A stretch of DNA of 64,000 nucleotides, from contig JAUNWH010000009.1 in assembly GCA_030540405.1 (NCBI GenBank), positions 2,948 to 66,947 on the forward strand. The letters run 5' to 3'. A model generated the notes under the pieces. It did no database searches. It saw nothing but the letters and a program-made list of their open reading frames with translations, and was not told where the DNA came from. Shown here piece after piece: positions 28,191 to 38,741 of the stretch. This stretch comes from Spirochaetales bacterium. GTDB lineage: Bacteria; Spirochaetota; Spirochaetia; Treponematales; Treponemataceae. Positions within the stretch are counted from its first letter, which is position 1. Each line of letters starts with the position of its first letter. Made by a program: the position numbers and the translations under genes.

Positions 28191-29516
28191 ATGATCGTAA
28201 TGAAATTTGGCGGAAGCTCAGTTGCAAATGCTGACCGCATTAAACATGTAGCCGAAATAATTCAGGCATATAAGGATGAGCGTCCCGTTGTTGTTTTAAG
28301 CGCAATGGGAGATACAACAGATCATCTTCTTGAAGCTGCTGACATGGCAGTTAAGGGAACTGTTGATATTGAAAAAATTGAAAAGCTTCATATCGAAACA
28401 GAAAAAAAACTTGGTGTTTCTGTTCCAGAAATAAAAGAATTGCTTGCTGAATTGAAAACGCTTCTTACTGGAATAAGCATGCTGCATGAACTTACAAAAC
28501 GAACTAGAGATTATCTTGTGTCTTTTGGCGAGCGTATGTCCGTGCGCATGATGTCAGCTTATCTTTGTTCTCTTGGAACTGAAGCGAATGCATTTGATTC
28601 CTGGGACATTGGATTTGTGAGCGATTCAAATTATATGGCGGCTGAGCTTTTGGATGAAGTCTGGGAAAATATTCCGAAGCATCTTGACGGATATAAAAAC
28701 GGAACTTCAGATGAAATTCCTATAGTAACTGGTTTCATTGCTAAAGATAAAAACGGAATCATAACAACTTTAGGGCGCGGCGGAAGCGACTTGAGCGCAA
28801 CGATGATTGGCGCGGCAATGCAGGCAAAAGAAATTCAGACTTGGAAAGATGTTGACGGAATTATGACAACAGATCCTCGCATCGTAAAAGAAGCCCGCCC
28901 TGTTGACGAAGTAACTTATGAAGAAGCTCAGGAACTTGCAATGTTCGGAAGCCAGGTTCTTCATCCGCGCAGCATGATTCCTTGCAGAAAAACTGGAACT
29001 CCTGTCCGCGTAAAAAACAGCTACAACATAAAAAGCCGCGGCACGCTTATTGTTGAAGAGCACACAGGAATTCGTCCTCTTGTTACAGCAATTACAAAAG
29101 TAAAAAATGTAACGCTCATAGACATTCAGTCTAGCCGTATGCTTGGGGCTGCCGGATTTCTTGCGCATATTTTCAATCAGTTTTTAAAATGGAATATCAG
29201 CATTGACGTGATTGCGACTTCCGAAGTTTCTGTAAGCTTGACTGTAGATGGAAAAACAGATTTGTCAGGACTTATTGAAGATTTAAAGCGTGTTGCTGAT
29301 GTCAACGTTAAAACAGGCAAGGCTATTGTTACAATAATTTGCGACGCTTCAAGATCCAGTGTGATTATTGCAAAGGCATTTGACGGACTTTCAAAAGAAG
29401 GAATAAATGTTCAGATGATAAGCCAAGGAGCAAGCAAAGTCAACATAAGCATGCTTGTAGATACAGAGCAGGCGGATAAAACTGTTGAAGCAATTCATTC
29501 AGTTCTTTTTGCCTGA
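28191..29516 (+). CDS. lysC: Aspartate kinase
   Basis: MKFGGSSV N-terminus, LGRGGSDLSA motif, C-terminal ACT domains. Confidence 0.93.
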   Translation: MIVMKFGGSSVANADRIKHVAEIIQAYKDERPVVVLSAMGDTTDHLLEAADMAVKGTVDIEKIEKLHIETEKKLGVSVPEIKELLAELKTLLTGISMLHELTKRTRDYLVSFGERMSVRMMSAYLCSLGTEANAFDSWDIGFVSDSNYMAAELLDEVWENIPKHLDGYKNGTSDEIPIVTGFIAKDKNGIITTLGRGGSDLSATMIGAAMQAKEIQTWKDVDGIMTTDPRIVKEARPVDEVTYEEAQELAMFGSQVLHPRSMIPCRKTGTPVRVKNSYNIKSRGTLIVEEHTGIRPLVTAITKVKNVTLIDIQSSRMLGAAGFLAHIFNQFLKWNISIDVIATSEVSVSLTVDGKTDLSGLIEDLKRVADVNVKTGKAIVTIICDASRSSVIIAKAFDGLSKEGINVQMISQGASKVNISMLVDTEQADKTVEAIHSVLFA

Positions 29517-29534
29517 TTTTTGGGAGGATTACTA

Positions 29535-30326
29535 ATGAAAATTGCATTGGTTGGATATGGAAAAATGGGACACATGCTTGAGCAGTCCGCATTGTCGTTT
29601 GGACATTCAGTTGTGTCTACAATCGATGTTTTTGCGCCAGATGCCAAAGTGAAAATTTCCGCAGGAGACAGCAAGGCTCTTGCAGATGCAGTTGAATCTA
29701 GTGGTGCAGATGGAATAATTGAATTTACTCATCCGTCTTCTGTTCTTGAAAATATAAAGGCGCTTCTTCATTTGAAAATTCCTATGGTGGTTGGAACTAC
29801 AGGCTGGAATGACAAAAAAGATGAGGTCGCTTCTCTTGCTGCAAAGTGTGGCGGAACAATTATGACAAGCGCGAATTTTTCCATTGGTGTTAATATTCTT
29901 TATAAAATTGTAGAAGATGCCGCTCGTCTTGCAAATAAATTTTCTGAGTATGACGCTGCGATTTGGGAAATGCATCATAATCAAAAAGCAGACAGTCCTT
30001 CTGGAACTGCGCTTGAAATCGCTAATCATTTGCTTTCTGAATTCAAAAGAAAAAATTCAATTGTAACAAATGAGTTCAAGGAAAAGCCTTTGCCGAGCCA
30101 GCTTCATGTTTCTTCTACAAGATGCGGTTCAGTACCGGGAACACATAAAGTTTTCTTTGACTGCGAAGCTGATACAATTGAAATTACGCACACAGCAAGA
30201 AGCCGCAAGGGATTTGCAAATGGAGCAGTTCACGCTTTGGAAAATCTTTCTTCCATGCTGAAAGAAGGCAGCCTAAAGCCTGGCGCATTGTATGGCATGA
30301 ACGATGTTTTTCCTGAATTGTTTTAA
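29535..30326 (+). CDS. dapB: 4-hydroxy-tetrahydrodipicolinate reductase
   Basis: MKIALVGYGKMG Rossmann N-terminus, EMHHNQKADSPSGTA motif. GGGAGG lies before ATG 29535. Confidence 0.9.
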   Translation: MKIALVGYGKMGHMLEQSALSFGHSVVSTIDVFAPDAKVKISAGDSKALADAVESSGADGIIEFTHPSSVLENIKALLHLKIPMVVGTTGWNDKKDEVASLAAKCGGTIMTSANFSIGVNILYKIVEDAARLANKFSEYDAAIWEMHHNQKADSPSGTALEIANHLLSEFKRKNSIVTNEFKEKPLPSQLHVSSTRCGSVPGTHKVFFDCEADTIEITHTARSRKGFANGAVHALENLSSMLKEGSLKPGALYGMNDVFPELF

Positions 30327-30373
30327 AACTTTAAGGTAATTTTTTTTCATAAATCAGCCGATAAACTAACGGT

Positions 30374-31246
30374 ATGATTATGACTAAAAAATTCGAATAT
30401 AGAAAAAATATTTTGTTTCTTTCAATTCTTTTTTTGACTGTCTGTTTTTCTTTTGCAGAAACTCATACAGTCGAAAAGGGAGAGACTTATTATTCAATCA
30501 GCCGCAAATATGGAATTTCTGTGGATCAACTTTGTGCTGTAAACAATCTTACTGTAAACGATGTTTTAAAAGTTGGACAGAAACTTTCAATTCCAGAAAA
30601 AAATACTGAAAAAAATTCTTTGCCTTCAGTTTCGCCTTCAAAAAATCCATCTAATGCAGAAAGAAAATTTGACACATACACAGTTCAAAAAGGCGACACT
30701 TTTTATAGAATTGCAAAAGTGAACGGAATTTCTGTTGAAGAACTTAAAGCTTTGAACAATCTTGATTCCGATACAGTTTTAAAGGCCGGACAGCGTCTTA
30801 AAATTCCTGTTACAATTGTTGACACTTCGGCTTCTCTTCCTAGCTTGCCTTCAAGTGATCCTCGCAAATATTCAGAGAAAAAAGGCGACTCAAGTTTGAC
30901 TTGGCCTGTAAAAAATCCGACGGTAACTTACATGAAAGGAAAAGTCAGCGGCGTTCAGCTTAGCGCGCAGAAAAATGAAAGCGTAACTGCAATCCGCGCG
31001 GGAACGGTTATGTATGTTGGAAACTACAGAGGCTATGGGCAAGTTGTTTTTGTTCAGGCGAAAACTGGACACATTTATGTTTATTCAGGGCTCGGCTCTA
31101 TAAAAGTCCGCAAAGGTGATTATGTTGTGTTTGGCGATTCTTTGGGAACAGCGGGAACAGACAGCATAAAAGGCACAACGCAGATTTGTCTGATGGTTTT
31201 TCAAAAGTCAAATCCTGTTGATCCTGCAAAAGCTCCAAGAGGCTAG
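30374..31246 (+). CDS. LysM-domain protein with degenerate LytM (M23) domain, NlpD/EnvC-like
   Basis: Signal peptide and two LysM repeats (HTVEKGETYYSISRKYG, YTVQKGDTFYRIAKVNG). The C-terminal M23 fold lacks the HxxxD and HxH metal ligands. Confidence 0.8.
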   Translation: MIMTKKFEYRKNILFLSILFLTVCFSFAETHTVEKGETYYSISRKYGISVDQLCAVNNLTVNDVLKVGQKLSIPEKNTEKNSLPSVSPSKNPSNAERKFDTYTVQKGDTFYRIAKVNGISVEELKALNNLDSDTVLKAGQRLKIPVTIVDTSASLPSLPSSDPRKYSEKKGDSSLTWPVKNPTVTYMKGKVSGVQLSAQKNESVTAIRAGTVMYVGNYRGYGQVVFVQAKTGHIYVYSGLGSIKVRKGDYVVFGDSLGTAGTDSIKGTTQICLMVFQKSNPVDPAKAPRG

Positions 31247-31278
31247 CTTTTTTCGCCTGCCTCTTTTTTAAACTAAAA

Positions 31279-32634
31279 CTAGAGCTTGTCGAGCATTGTC
31301 TTTTTTATTCTGTGCATAAAAAATGCAGAAAGGCTGATTGCAAAAATTTCAGCAACAAGAAAGCAGAACCAGACGTTTTCAAGTTTTTCAGTACGTGAAA
31401 GAAAGTATGCCACAGGAAGCAAAACAATTATCTGTCTTACAAAAGAAACAGTCATGCTTAAAAAAGATTTTCCTAAAGCCTGAAAAGTTGATCCAAATGT
31501 AATTGCGATTGCCGCTCCAATAAAGCTTGGTGCGATAATTCTCATTGCCGTGCATCCAATTTCAAGCATGTGTTCGCTTGCCTTGAAAAGCATTAAAAGT
31601 TCCGCTGGAAAAAGTTCAAAAATTACAATGCCGAATATCATAATTGAAACTGCGATTAAAATTGTTGATTTTACAGTTTTCTTGATCCGCTCTGCGTTTC
31701 TTGCTCCGTAGTTGTATGAAATAATCGGAACCATTCCTGTTGTAAGTCCGAATACCGGCATAAAGATAAAGCTATTCAGTTTAAAATAAACTCCATAGAC
31801 TGCGATTGCTGTTGCGGAAAAAGTTCCAAGAATTAAATTCATTCCATAAGTTGTAACAGAATTTATAGACTGGAGAAGAATTGAAGGAATTCCGATTTTA
31901 TAAATCTGGCCAATTATCAGAGAGCTTGGTTTGAATCCTTTTAGCTTAAAATGTATATCAGGATTTTTTTTCAGATTGAAATAAAGCGAAACTGCCGCAG
32001 AAAAAATTTGCCCGATGACTGTTGCCCATGCCGCGCCTGCCATTCCCATTTTGGGAAAAGGACCGATTCCAAAAATCATAAGCGGGTCAAGAATTATATT
32101 TGTGATTGCTCCAACAAGCTGTGTTATCATCGTATAAAATGTTCTTCCTGTTGCCTGTAAAAGCCTGTCTGACATTGTTGAAACAAAAAGTGCGAATGAT
32201 GCCATTGTTATTATTTTTAAATATTCGCTTCCGAATTGAATAATCTGCCCATCGCTAGTCTGTGTTTTTAAATAAGGCTTTGTAAAAAGAAATCCAAGAA
32301 TAAGAAACGCAATAAAACTGCAAACTGAAAGGAAGAGTCCATTCATGGCGATTTTGTTTACAGCGTCGCTGTCTTTTTGCCCAAGCTTCATTGCTAGAAG
32401 CGCATTTACACCGATTGCTGTTCCTATTGAAACTGCGATCATAAGTGTTTGAACAGGAAATGCAAGCGATATTGCAGTCAGCGCATTTTCATTTATCTGC
32501 GCAACAAAAATGCTGTCAACGATATTGTAGCATGCCATTACCAGCATTGAAAGCATAATTGGCAACGACATATTTAAAAGAAGTTTTGTTACAGGCATTA
32601 CGCCCATTTTGTTTTCTTTGATATTTTCTGACAT
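31279..32634 (-). CDS. MATE family efflux transporter
   Basis: 451 aa, 12 predicted TM segments, MATE-typical N-terminus (LLNMSLPIMLSMLV). Confidence 0.85.
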   Translation of the reverse strand: MSENIKENKMGVMPVTKLLLNMSLPIMLSMLVMACYNIVDSIFVAQINENALTAISLAFPVQTLMIAVSIGTAIGVNALLAMKLGQKDSDAVNKIAMNGLFLSVCSFIAFLILGFLFTKPYLKTQTSDGQIIQFGSEYLKIITMASFALFVSTMSDRLLQATGRTFYTMITQLVGAITNIILDPLMIFGIGPFPKMGMAGAAWATVIGQIFSAAVSLYFNLKKNPDIHFKLKGFKPSSLIIGQIYKIGIPSILLQSINSVTTYGMNLILGTFSATAIAVYGVYFKLNSFIFMPVFGLTTGMVPIISYNYGARNAERIKKTVKSTILIAVSIMIFGIVIFELFPAELLMLFKASEHMLEIGCTAMRIIAPSFIGAAIAITFGSTFQALGKSFLSMTVSFVRQIIVLLPVAYFLSRTEKLENVWFCFLVAEIFAISLSAFFMHRIKKTMLDKL

Positions 32635-32682
32635 TCGCCAATGTTATATTAAATTGTTTTTTTTATCAATTAGTATTTTTAT

Positions 32683-33333
32683 TTAGAACAATTCTGCCTG
32701 AATCGGATTTCTTTTGATTTTGCTCATTGAAAAATTTTTCTGCCTGTCCATTGTGTCGCTTATTATCCGCTTGAAAAGTTCCATGCACAGTCTTGCGTCG
32801 TCATCTGCTCTGTGTGCGGCTTTTGCTTCTATTCCGAATCTTTTTGCAAGGCTTTGAAGTTTGTACTGGCCTTTTTCCTGTTCCTTTATGAAATCAGGAT
32901 ATGCCCATCTTGAGGCATTCAATGTGTCTATGCAGATATTTGGAAGTTCTGGATGATTAAATCTTTTTAGCTCTGAATTTACGAAGCCCAAGTCAAACTG
33001 CGCATTGTGCGCTACAAGAACTGCTTCTTTTCCGCCTAGAAAATTTAAAAACTGCGGAACGGCTTCTTTTGCGCCTGGACAGCATGAAATCATTTCGTCT
33101 GTGATGTGTGTAAGATTTTTTATGAACTGCGGAAGTTCTATTGGCGGTTTTATTAAAATATCAAACGGTTCTCCAATAAGTCCGTCGCAGTTGAATTTTA
33201 TAGCGCCGATTTCTATTATAAATTCTTTTTCAGCTTTTAGACCTGTGGTTTCTGTGTCGAATGCTACAAAAGTTTTTCCTGAATAAAATTCCTTTGCGAG
33301 ATTTCTAAAACTGTTGAAGATTTTTAATGCCAT
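32683..33333 (-). CDS. DnaQ-like 3'-5' exonuclease
   Basis: Exo motifs FDTETTGL, HNAQFDLGF and HRADDDA. Start taken at MALKIFNSF. Confidence 0.8.
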   Translation of the reverse strand: MALKIFNSFRNLAKEFYSGKTFVAFDTETTGLKAEKEFIIEIGAIKFNCDGLIGEPFDILIKPPIELPQFIKNLTHITDEMISCCPGAKEAVPQFLNFLGGKEAVLVAHNAQFDLGFVNSELKRFNHPELPNICIDTLNASRWAYPDFIKEQEKGQYKLQSLAKRFGIEAKAAHRADDDARLCMELFKRIISDTMDRQKNFSMSKIKRNPIQAELF

Positions 33334-33398
33334 AAGTTGAAAAAAAACGGCATCCGCAAAAAATATTACGGATACCATTGTTGCTTTTTTTTTTAGAT

Positions 33399-35180
33399 TT
33401 AGACTGCTGCGTTAAGAACTGCGTTTATTTCTTCTGAAATATCTGAGCAGAGCTTGTCGGCGGCTTTCTTTGCTTCTTCCAAAGCTTCGTCTGTTTTTGC
33501 AGAAACAGGAACTGTGCTGTTTATGTAGAATTTAATCTTTGGTTCTGTTCCGCTTGGGCGTGCACTTACAATTGTCCCGCCTTCAAGAACGAACTGAAGA
33601 ACATTGCTCTTTGGCCACGGAAGACTTTCTTTTACAGACGGATTTGCTGGATCAAAAGCAACCTGCTGCTGAATGTCGCGGATTTTTACAACTTTCTTTC
33701 CGCCAAGAGAAGTAAGTCCTTCTGTGCGGAGTTTTGTCATGATTCCGCCCATGATTTTTGGACCTTGTACTCCAGGGAAGTATTTGCTGATTGCGCGGTC
33801 TTCAAAAAGTCCGTATTCCTTGTACATATCGTTCAAATGTTCAAGAAGCGATTTTCCTTTGCTTGCCCAGTAAAGAGTCATTTCTGCGCACATTGCGGCA
33901 GCTGAAATTCCGTCCTTGTCGCGTACTTCTGTTTCTACAAGATAACCGTAGCTTTCTTCAAGTCCGAATACGTAGTTTCCGCTTCCGTCTTTTTCCATCT
34001 GGCCTTCATCATAAGCAATCCACTTGAATCCTGTAAGACATTCTTTTACAGCTACGTTGTATTTTTTTGCAATTGAATCAACGAAAGGTGAAGTTACGAT
34101 TGAGCGGATAAGAACTGGTTTTTCCGGCATCTTGTTGAATTCTTTTTTTGAAAGAAGAACATAGTCTGCAAGAAGCGCGCCCATTTGGTTTCCTGAAACA
34201 AGAACGTATTTTCCGTTTTTGTCTGGGAATGCAGTTCCGAATCTGTCTGCGTCCGGATCTGTTGCCATTACAACATCAGCCTTTTCTTTTTCTGCAAGTT
34301 CAACTGCCATTTTAAGCGCTGGAGCTTCCTCTGGATTTGGCTTCTCTACTGTAGGGAAGTCGCCGTTTCCTTCGCGCTGTTCTGGAACTGTGATTACATT
34401 TAGTCCAAGGTCTCCAAGAACTTTTTCAACGTGCATTGCGCCTGTTCCGTGGAGCGGAGTGTATACAACTTTTACGCTGCTTGCTTTTTCTTTTATAAGT
34501 TCAGGACGATATAGGTTTGACTTTATCATTGCCTGGAATTTGTCATCAATTTCCTTGTCGATTAAAACAATTTTTCCTGCCTTTACAGCTTCGTCTTTTT
34601 CGATAAGCTTTACTTCTTTTACTGCGTTGACTTCATCGATGATTCCCTTGTCATGCGGTTCAACAACCTGCGCGCCGTCGTCCCAGTAAGCTTTGTAGCC
34701 GTTGTACTGTGGCGGATTGTGGCTTGCAGTTACAACAACGCCAGTTTTGCATCCAAGAATTCTGATTGCGTAAGAAAGTTCTGGAGTAGGGCGAAGCGAA
34801 GTGAAAAGGTATGCTTTGATTCCATTCGCTGCAAAAACTCTTGCAGTGATGTCAGAAAATTTATCGTGGTTGTGGCGGCTGTCATAAGCTACACATGCGC
34901 TCAATGTGCCGTTCTTTGCTTCTTCTGGAAATGCCTTGATTAAATAATTTGCAAGACCTTGAGTTGCTTTTGAAATGTTGAGAGTGTTCATACGGTTTGT
35001 TCCGCCGCCCATTACGCCGCGAAGTCCGCCTGTTCCAAATTCAAGGCTCTGATAGAAACGGTCTTCCAGTTCAGCCATGTCTTTTTTTGCAACTAAATCT
35101 TCAACTTCCTTGCGGAAAGAATCGTCTTTTTCTTCTGCAATATATTTTGCAGCTCTTTCAAGTATTTCTTTCTCTTCCAT
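33399..35180 (-). CDS. Phosphoglucomutase/phosphomannomutase family phosphohexomutase
   Basis: 593 aa. Active-site TASHNPPQYNGYK, Mg loop DPDADR, sugar loop EESYG. Confidence 0.9.
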   Translation of the reverse strand: MEEKEILERAAKYIAEEKDDSFRKEVEDLVAKKDMAELEDRFYQSLEFGTGGLRGVMGGGTNRMNTLNISKATQGLANYLIKAFPEEAKNGTLSACVAYDSRHNHDKFSDITARVFAANGIKAYLFTSLRPTPELSYAIRILGCKTGVVVTASHNPPQYNGYKAYWDDGAQVVEPHDKGIIDEVNAVKEVKLIEKDEAVKAGKIVLIDKEIDDKFQAMIKSNLYRPELIKEKASSVKVVYTPLHGTGAMHVEKVLGDLGLNVITVPEQREGNGDFPTVEKPNPEEAPALKMAVELAEKEKADVVMATDPDADRFGTAFPDKNGKYVLVSGNQMGALLADYVLLSKKEFNKMPEKPVLIRSIVTSPFVDSIAKKYNVAVKECLTGFKWIAYDEGQMEKDGSGNYVFGLEESYGYLVETEVRDKDGISAAAMCAEMTLYWASKGKSLLEHLNDMYKEYGLFEDRAISKYFPGVQGPKIMGGIMTKLRTEGLTSLGGKKVVKIRDIQQQVAFDPANPSVKESLPWPKSNVLQFVLEGGTIVSARPSGTEPKIKFYINSTVPVSAKTDEALEEAKKAADKLCSDISEEINAVLNAAV

Positions 35181-35239
35181 AATATCTGCTTCCTTTTATT
35201 GAAAAATTAACTAAGTCTAACATAGTTGATTTTTTTTTT

Positions 35240-36439
35240 CTATAGCTCTGATTCTTTGCTCAAAAGTTTTTCAAGTGTTTGGAAACATCCAATCTCTTCA
35301 AGCAAACTTTTCATTCTAATTTTTGCTTCCTGGCTTTTTAAATTGCCTGACTGTTTTTTTACAGCGCGGATTAAAATGTTTTTTGGAGTGTGGCTCATGT
35401 CGATGAATTCTAAAAGCTGAACTGTGTATCCGCATTGCTCAAGAAGTTCTGCGCGGATTGCATCAGTTGCAATTGCGGCAAACCGTTCACGTAAAATTCC
35501 AAATCTTTCAATTGAAGCAAATGGACTTTCTGATTTGACTTTTTGTTTTTCGAGCTGGCTGTTTATTTCGTGCTGGCAGCAAGGAACTGAAAGAATTGCT
35601 TTTGCATTATGTTTAACTGCATAGTCGAGTGCGAAGTCTGTTGCTGTGTCGCAGGCGTGAAGTGTAATTATGATGTCTGGAGTTTCTTCAGATGAATAGT
35701 CTGCAATGTTTCCCACTTTGAATTCAAGATTTTTGCATCCAAGTTTTTTTGCAAGCGAATCGCAGTTTTTTATTACGTCTTCTTTTAAATCAAGACCGGT
35801 TATGTAGACAGGAGTTTTTTTCAGTTCAGTCAAAAAATAATAAACTGCAAAAGTTAAATAAGATTTTCCTGAGCCGAAGTCAACAATTCTTAGCGGACTT
35901 TCCTGAGTGTAAGAAGCTCCATTTAGATTTTCAATGTTTTCAATTATGTCGTTTATAAATTCGAGGAATCTGTTTATTTGCCGGAACTTGTCATATTTTT
36001 GCGCGACAACTTTTCCGTCTTTTGTCATAACTCCAAGTTCAACTAAAAAAGGAACAGGAATGCCTTCTTGCAAAATATAATTTTTTATTCGGTTGAAATT
36101 ATTTGAAAACTTTTGTTCCGCTGAAAAATTTTTTGCTGCTTTTCTGAAAACTTTTATTTCGCCTTTTTTATTTGCCATTGTTGTAATTTCTTCTGTGTCC
36201 GTTTTTATGATGCAATTTTTAAAAGCTGTTCCTGCGTGCTTTTCAATAAATTCCCGCGCTTGTTCTGCAGTGAAACTTTTTTGAAACGCCTGCTTTTCTG
36301 TAAAAAATTCAGCTTGAAATTCATTTTGCTTTTTTGCGGAAGGAGATGGATTTCTCCAGATTCGGATTTTTATATAAGGCTTGCCAAAAATTTCCGGGCA
36401 AGTTTTTGACGGCTTTGAAAATATTGCGCTTAAAATCAT
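35240..36439 (-). CDS. Class I SAM-dependent methyltransferase
   Basis: SAM-binding motif I VDFGSGKSYL. 399 aa. Confidence 0.7.
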   Translation of the reverse strand: MILSAIFSKPSKTCPEIFGKPYIKIRIWRNPSPSAKKQNEFQAEFFTEKQAFQKSFTAEQAREFIEKHAGTAFKNCIIKTDTEEITTMANKKGEIKVFRKAAKNFSAEQKFSNNFNRIKNYILQEGIPVPFLVELGVMTKDGKVVAQKYDKFRQINRFLEFINDIIENIENLNGASYTQESPLRIVDFGSGKSYLTFAVYYFLTELKKTPVYITGLDLKEDVIKNCDSLAKKLGCKNLEFKVGNIADYSSEETPDIIITLHACDTATDFALDYAVKHNAKAILSVPCCQHEINSQLEKQKVKSESPFASIERFGILRERFAAIATDAIRAELLEQCGYTVQLLEFIDMSHTPKNILIRAVKKQSGNLKSQEAKIRMKSLLEEIGCFQTLEKLLSKESEL

Positions 36440-36542
36440 ATTTTTATATTAGCACAAACATTTGTTTTTGAGGATAGCGCATTTTTTATGACCTTTACAT
36501 TTTTATTATAAATGATATATTTCTACAGAAAGGGTTACAAAG

Positions 36543-37895
36543 ATGTCAGTTAAAAAAGATTTTTCTGAAGGTCCGCTTTTTAAAAATATTTTGATTTTCA
36601 GTTTGCCTCTAATTTTTACAAATCTTCTCCAGACTTTTTTCAACATGACTGATATTGCGGTTCTGGGACGATTTGCAAGTCCGTCTTCTGTTGGCTCGGT
36701 TGGCTCTACGGTAATTCTTGTTTTTTTATGCACAGGAATTCTTATTGGATTTGGTTCTGGCGTTAACGTCATTGTGGCGTTTTTTATAGGCGCGAAAAAT
36801 AACAACGACATTTGCGAAACTGTTCATACTTCCGCAGTTGTTTGCCTTGTTGCGGGGTTCATTGTCGGTGTCGCCGGAATAATTTTTTCCCGTTCCGTTT
36901 TGAACTTGATGAGCACAAAGCCAGTTCTTATTGAAGGCGCGGTTTTGTACTTTAGAATTTACATGGTTGGACTTCCTGCTCTTGCTTTTTATAATTTCGG
37001 AAATGGAATTCTTAGCGCGGAAGGAGATACAAAGTCGCCTTTGCTTTTTCTTTTTATTTCTGGAATTTTCAATGTTGTGCTGGATTTGCTTTTGGTTATT
37101 CATTTTAAAATGGATATTGCCGGAGTTGCAATTGCAAGTGTTGTTGCGCTTTATGTTTCAGCATTTCTTGTTTTTATAAAACTGCACAGAAAAAATGATT
37201 CTCTTGCGCTGCGTTTTTCCAAGCTTAAAGTCAATAAATCGAAACTTGTTCGGCTTTTAAAAATTGGAATTCCTGCCGGAATGCAAAATGCGATTTTTGG
37301 ATTTGCAAATCTTTTTATTCAGATTGGAGTTAATTCTTTTGACGCTTCTATGGTTGTTGCAAATTCCGCAGCTTCAAATTCAGATCCGCTTGTCTACAAT
37401 GTTATGAGCGCATTTTATGTGGCTTGCTCAACTTTTATAGGACAGAATTATGGTGCTGGAAAAAAATCCAGAGTTTTAAAAAGCTATTTTATAAGTCTTG
37501 CCTGCTCGTTCTTTTTTGCATTGTTCTTAGGCCTTTTGCTTTTTGCGTTTGGAAGAAATTTTATTTCAATTTTTATTTCAGATCCTTCGATTGTGGAACT
37601 TGGAATGAAGCGGCTTTCGATAATGGCTTGCTCTTATTGCATTTCAGCATTTATGGATTGCACTATTGCGGCTTCCCGCGGACTTGGTCAGACTTCCGTT
37701 CCGACTGTAATTGTTATTCTTGGTTCATGTGTTTTTAGAATCGCCTGGATTTTTACTGTGTTTGCATATTTTAAAACAATTGAATCTCTTTATTTGCTTT
37801 TTGCTTTTTCCTGGACGATTACCGCTGCGGCAGAAATTTTTTATTTTGCAAAACTTTACAAACAGAAGTTTTCAGCTTCCGCATTAAAAGCATGA
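36543..37895 (+). CDS. MATE family efflux transporter
   Basis: 450 aa, 12 TM segments, N-terminus FSLPLIFTNLLQTFFNMTD. Confidence 0.85.
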   Translation: MSVKKDFSEGPLFKNILIFSLPLIFTNLLQTFFNMTDIAVLGRFASPSSVGSVGSTVILVFLCTGILIGFGSGVNVIVAFFIGAKNNNDICETVHTSAVVCLVAGFIVGVAGIIFSRSVLNLMSTKPVLIEGAVLYFRIYMVGLPALAFYNFGNGILSAEGDTKSPLLFLFISGIFNVVLDLLLVIHFKMDIAGVAIASVVALYVSAFLVFIKLHRKNDSLALRFSKLKVNKSKLVRLLKIGIPAGMQNAIFGFANLFIQIGVNSFDASMVVANSAASNSDPLVYNVMSAFYVACSTFIGQNYGAGKKSRVLKSYFISLACSFFFALFLGLLLFAFGRNFISIFISDPSIVELGMKRLSIMACSYCISAFMDCTIAASRGLGQTSVPTVIVILGSCVFRIAWIFTVFAYFKTIESLYLLFAFSWTITAAAEIFYFAKLYKQKFSASALKA

Positions 37896-37985
37896 TAATA
37901 AGATTCGCTTTCAATATTGATGGGCTTTTGAAACTGGCGCATATTAATTGAAAATTATTACTATATAATCTATAATGGTTTAATC

Positions 37986-38741
37986 ATGGGAAAGGTATTT
38001 GTTTTTGTTAATCAGAAAGGTGGCGTTGGCAAGACTACATCTGCTATAAATATTGGGGCGTATATTGCTGTTGGCGGAAAAAAAGTTCTGCTTGTTGATT
38101 TTGACAGCCAGGGAAATATGTCTAGCGGCGTTGGAGTCAGCAAAAAAAAGCCTACCATTTATGAACTTCTCGCTGGTCAGTCCACTATTGACGAAACTAT
38201 AAAACATTCTGGTGTAAAAAATCTTGATGTTATAAGCGCGTCTATTGATTTGTCCGGCGCGGCGATTGAGCTTGTAGATCAGGAAAACCGCGAATACTTT
38301 TTAAAAAACGCCATTGCTTCTGTCCGTGAAAAATATGATTACATTCTGATTGACTGTCCGCCTTCCCTTGGAATTCTTACTTTGAACGGACTTGCCGCCG
38401 CAGATGCTGTTCTTGTTCCTATGCAGTGCGAGTATTTTGCGCTTGAAGGAATTACTCTTCTTTTGCAGACAGTAAAAAAAGTTCAGGAAAGCATAAATAA
38501 AAATCTTGTAATCGGCGGAATATTTTTTACGATGTATGATTCCAGAACTCGCCTTGCGCAGGATGTTGTTATGCAGGTAAAAAGCTATTTTAAAGATGTT
38601 GTTTTCAATACAATTATTCCGCGCAACGTAAGACTTTCAGAAGCGCCTTCACATGGCGAGCCGATTTGCATTTATGATCCGAATTGTGTTGGCGCAAAAA
38701 GCTATCAGAGACTTGCAGAAGAGGTAATCAGCCGTGGCTAA
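37986..38741 (+). CDS. parA: Chromosome partitioning ATPase ParA/Soj
   Basis: Deviant Walker A NQKGGVGKTT. 251 aa. Followed by parB. Confidence 0.93.
   Translation: MGKVFVFVNQKGGVGKTTSAINIGAYIAVGGKKVLLVDFDSQGNMSSGVGVSKKKPTIYELLAGQSTIDETIKHSGVKNLDVISASIDLSGAAIELVDQENREYFLKNAIASVREKYDYILIDCPPSLGILTLNGLAAADAVLVPMQCEYFALEGITLLLQTVKKVQESINKNLVIGGIFFTMYDSRTRLAQDVVMQVKSYFKDVVFNTIIPRNVRLSEAPSHGEPICIYDPNCVGAKSYQRLAEEVISRG

Noticed and set aside
34219-34689. 156-aa S/A/F-rich ORF antisense to the phosphohexomutase gene
   Set aside because: Shadow ORF with a compositionally biased translation.
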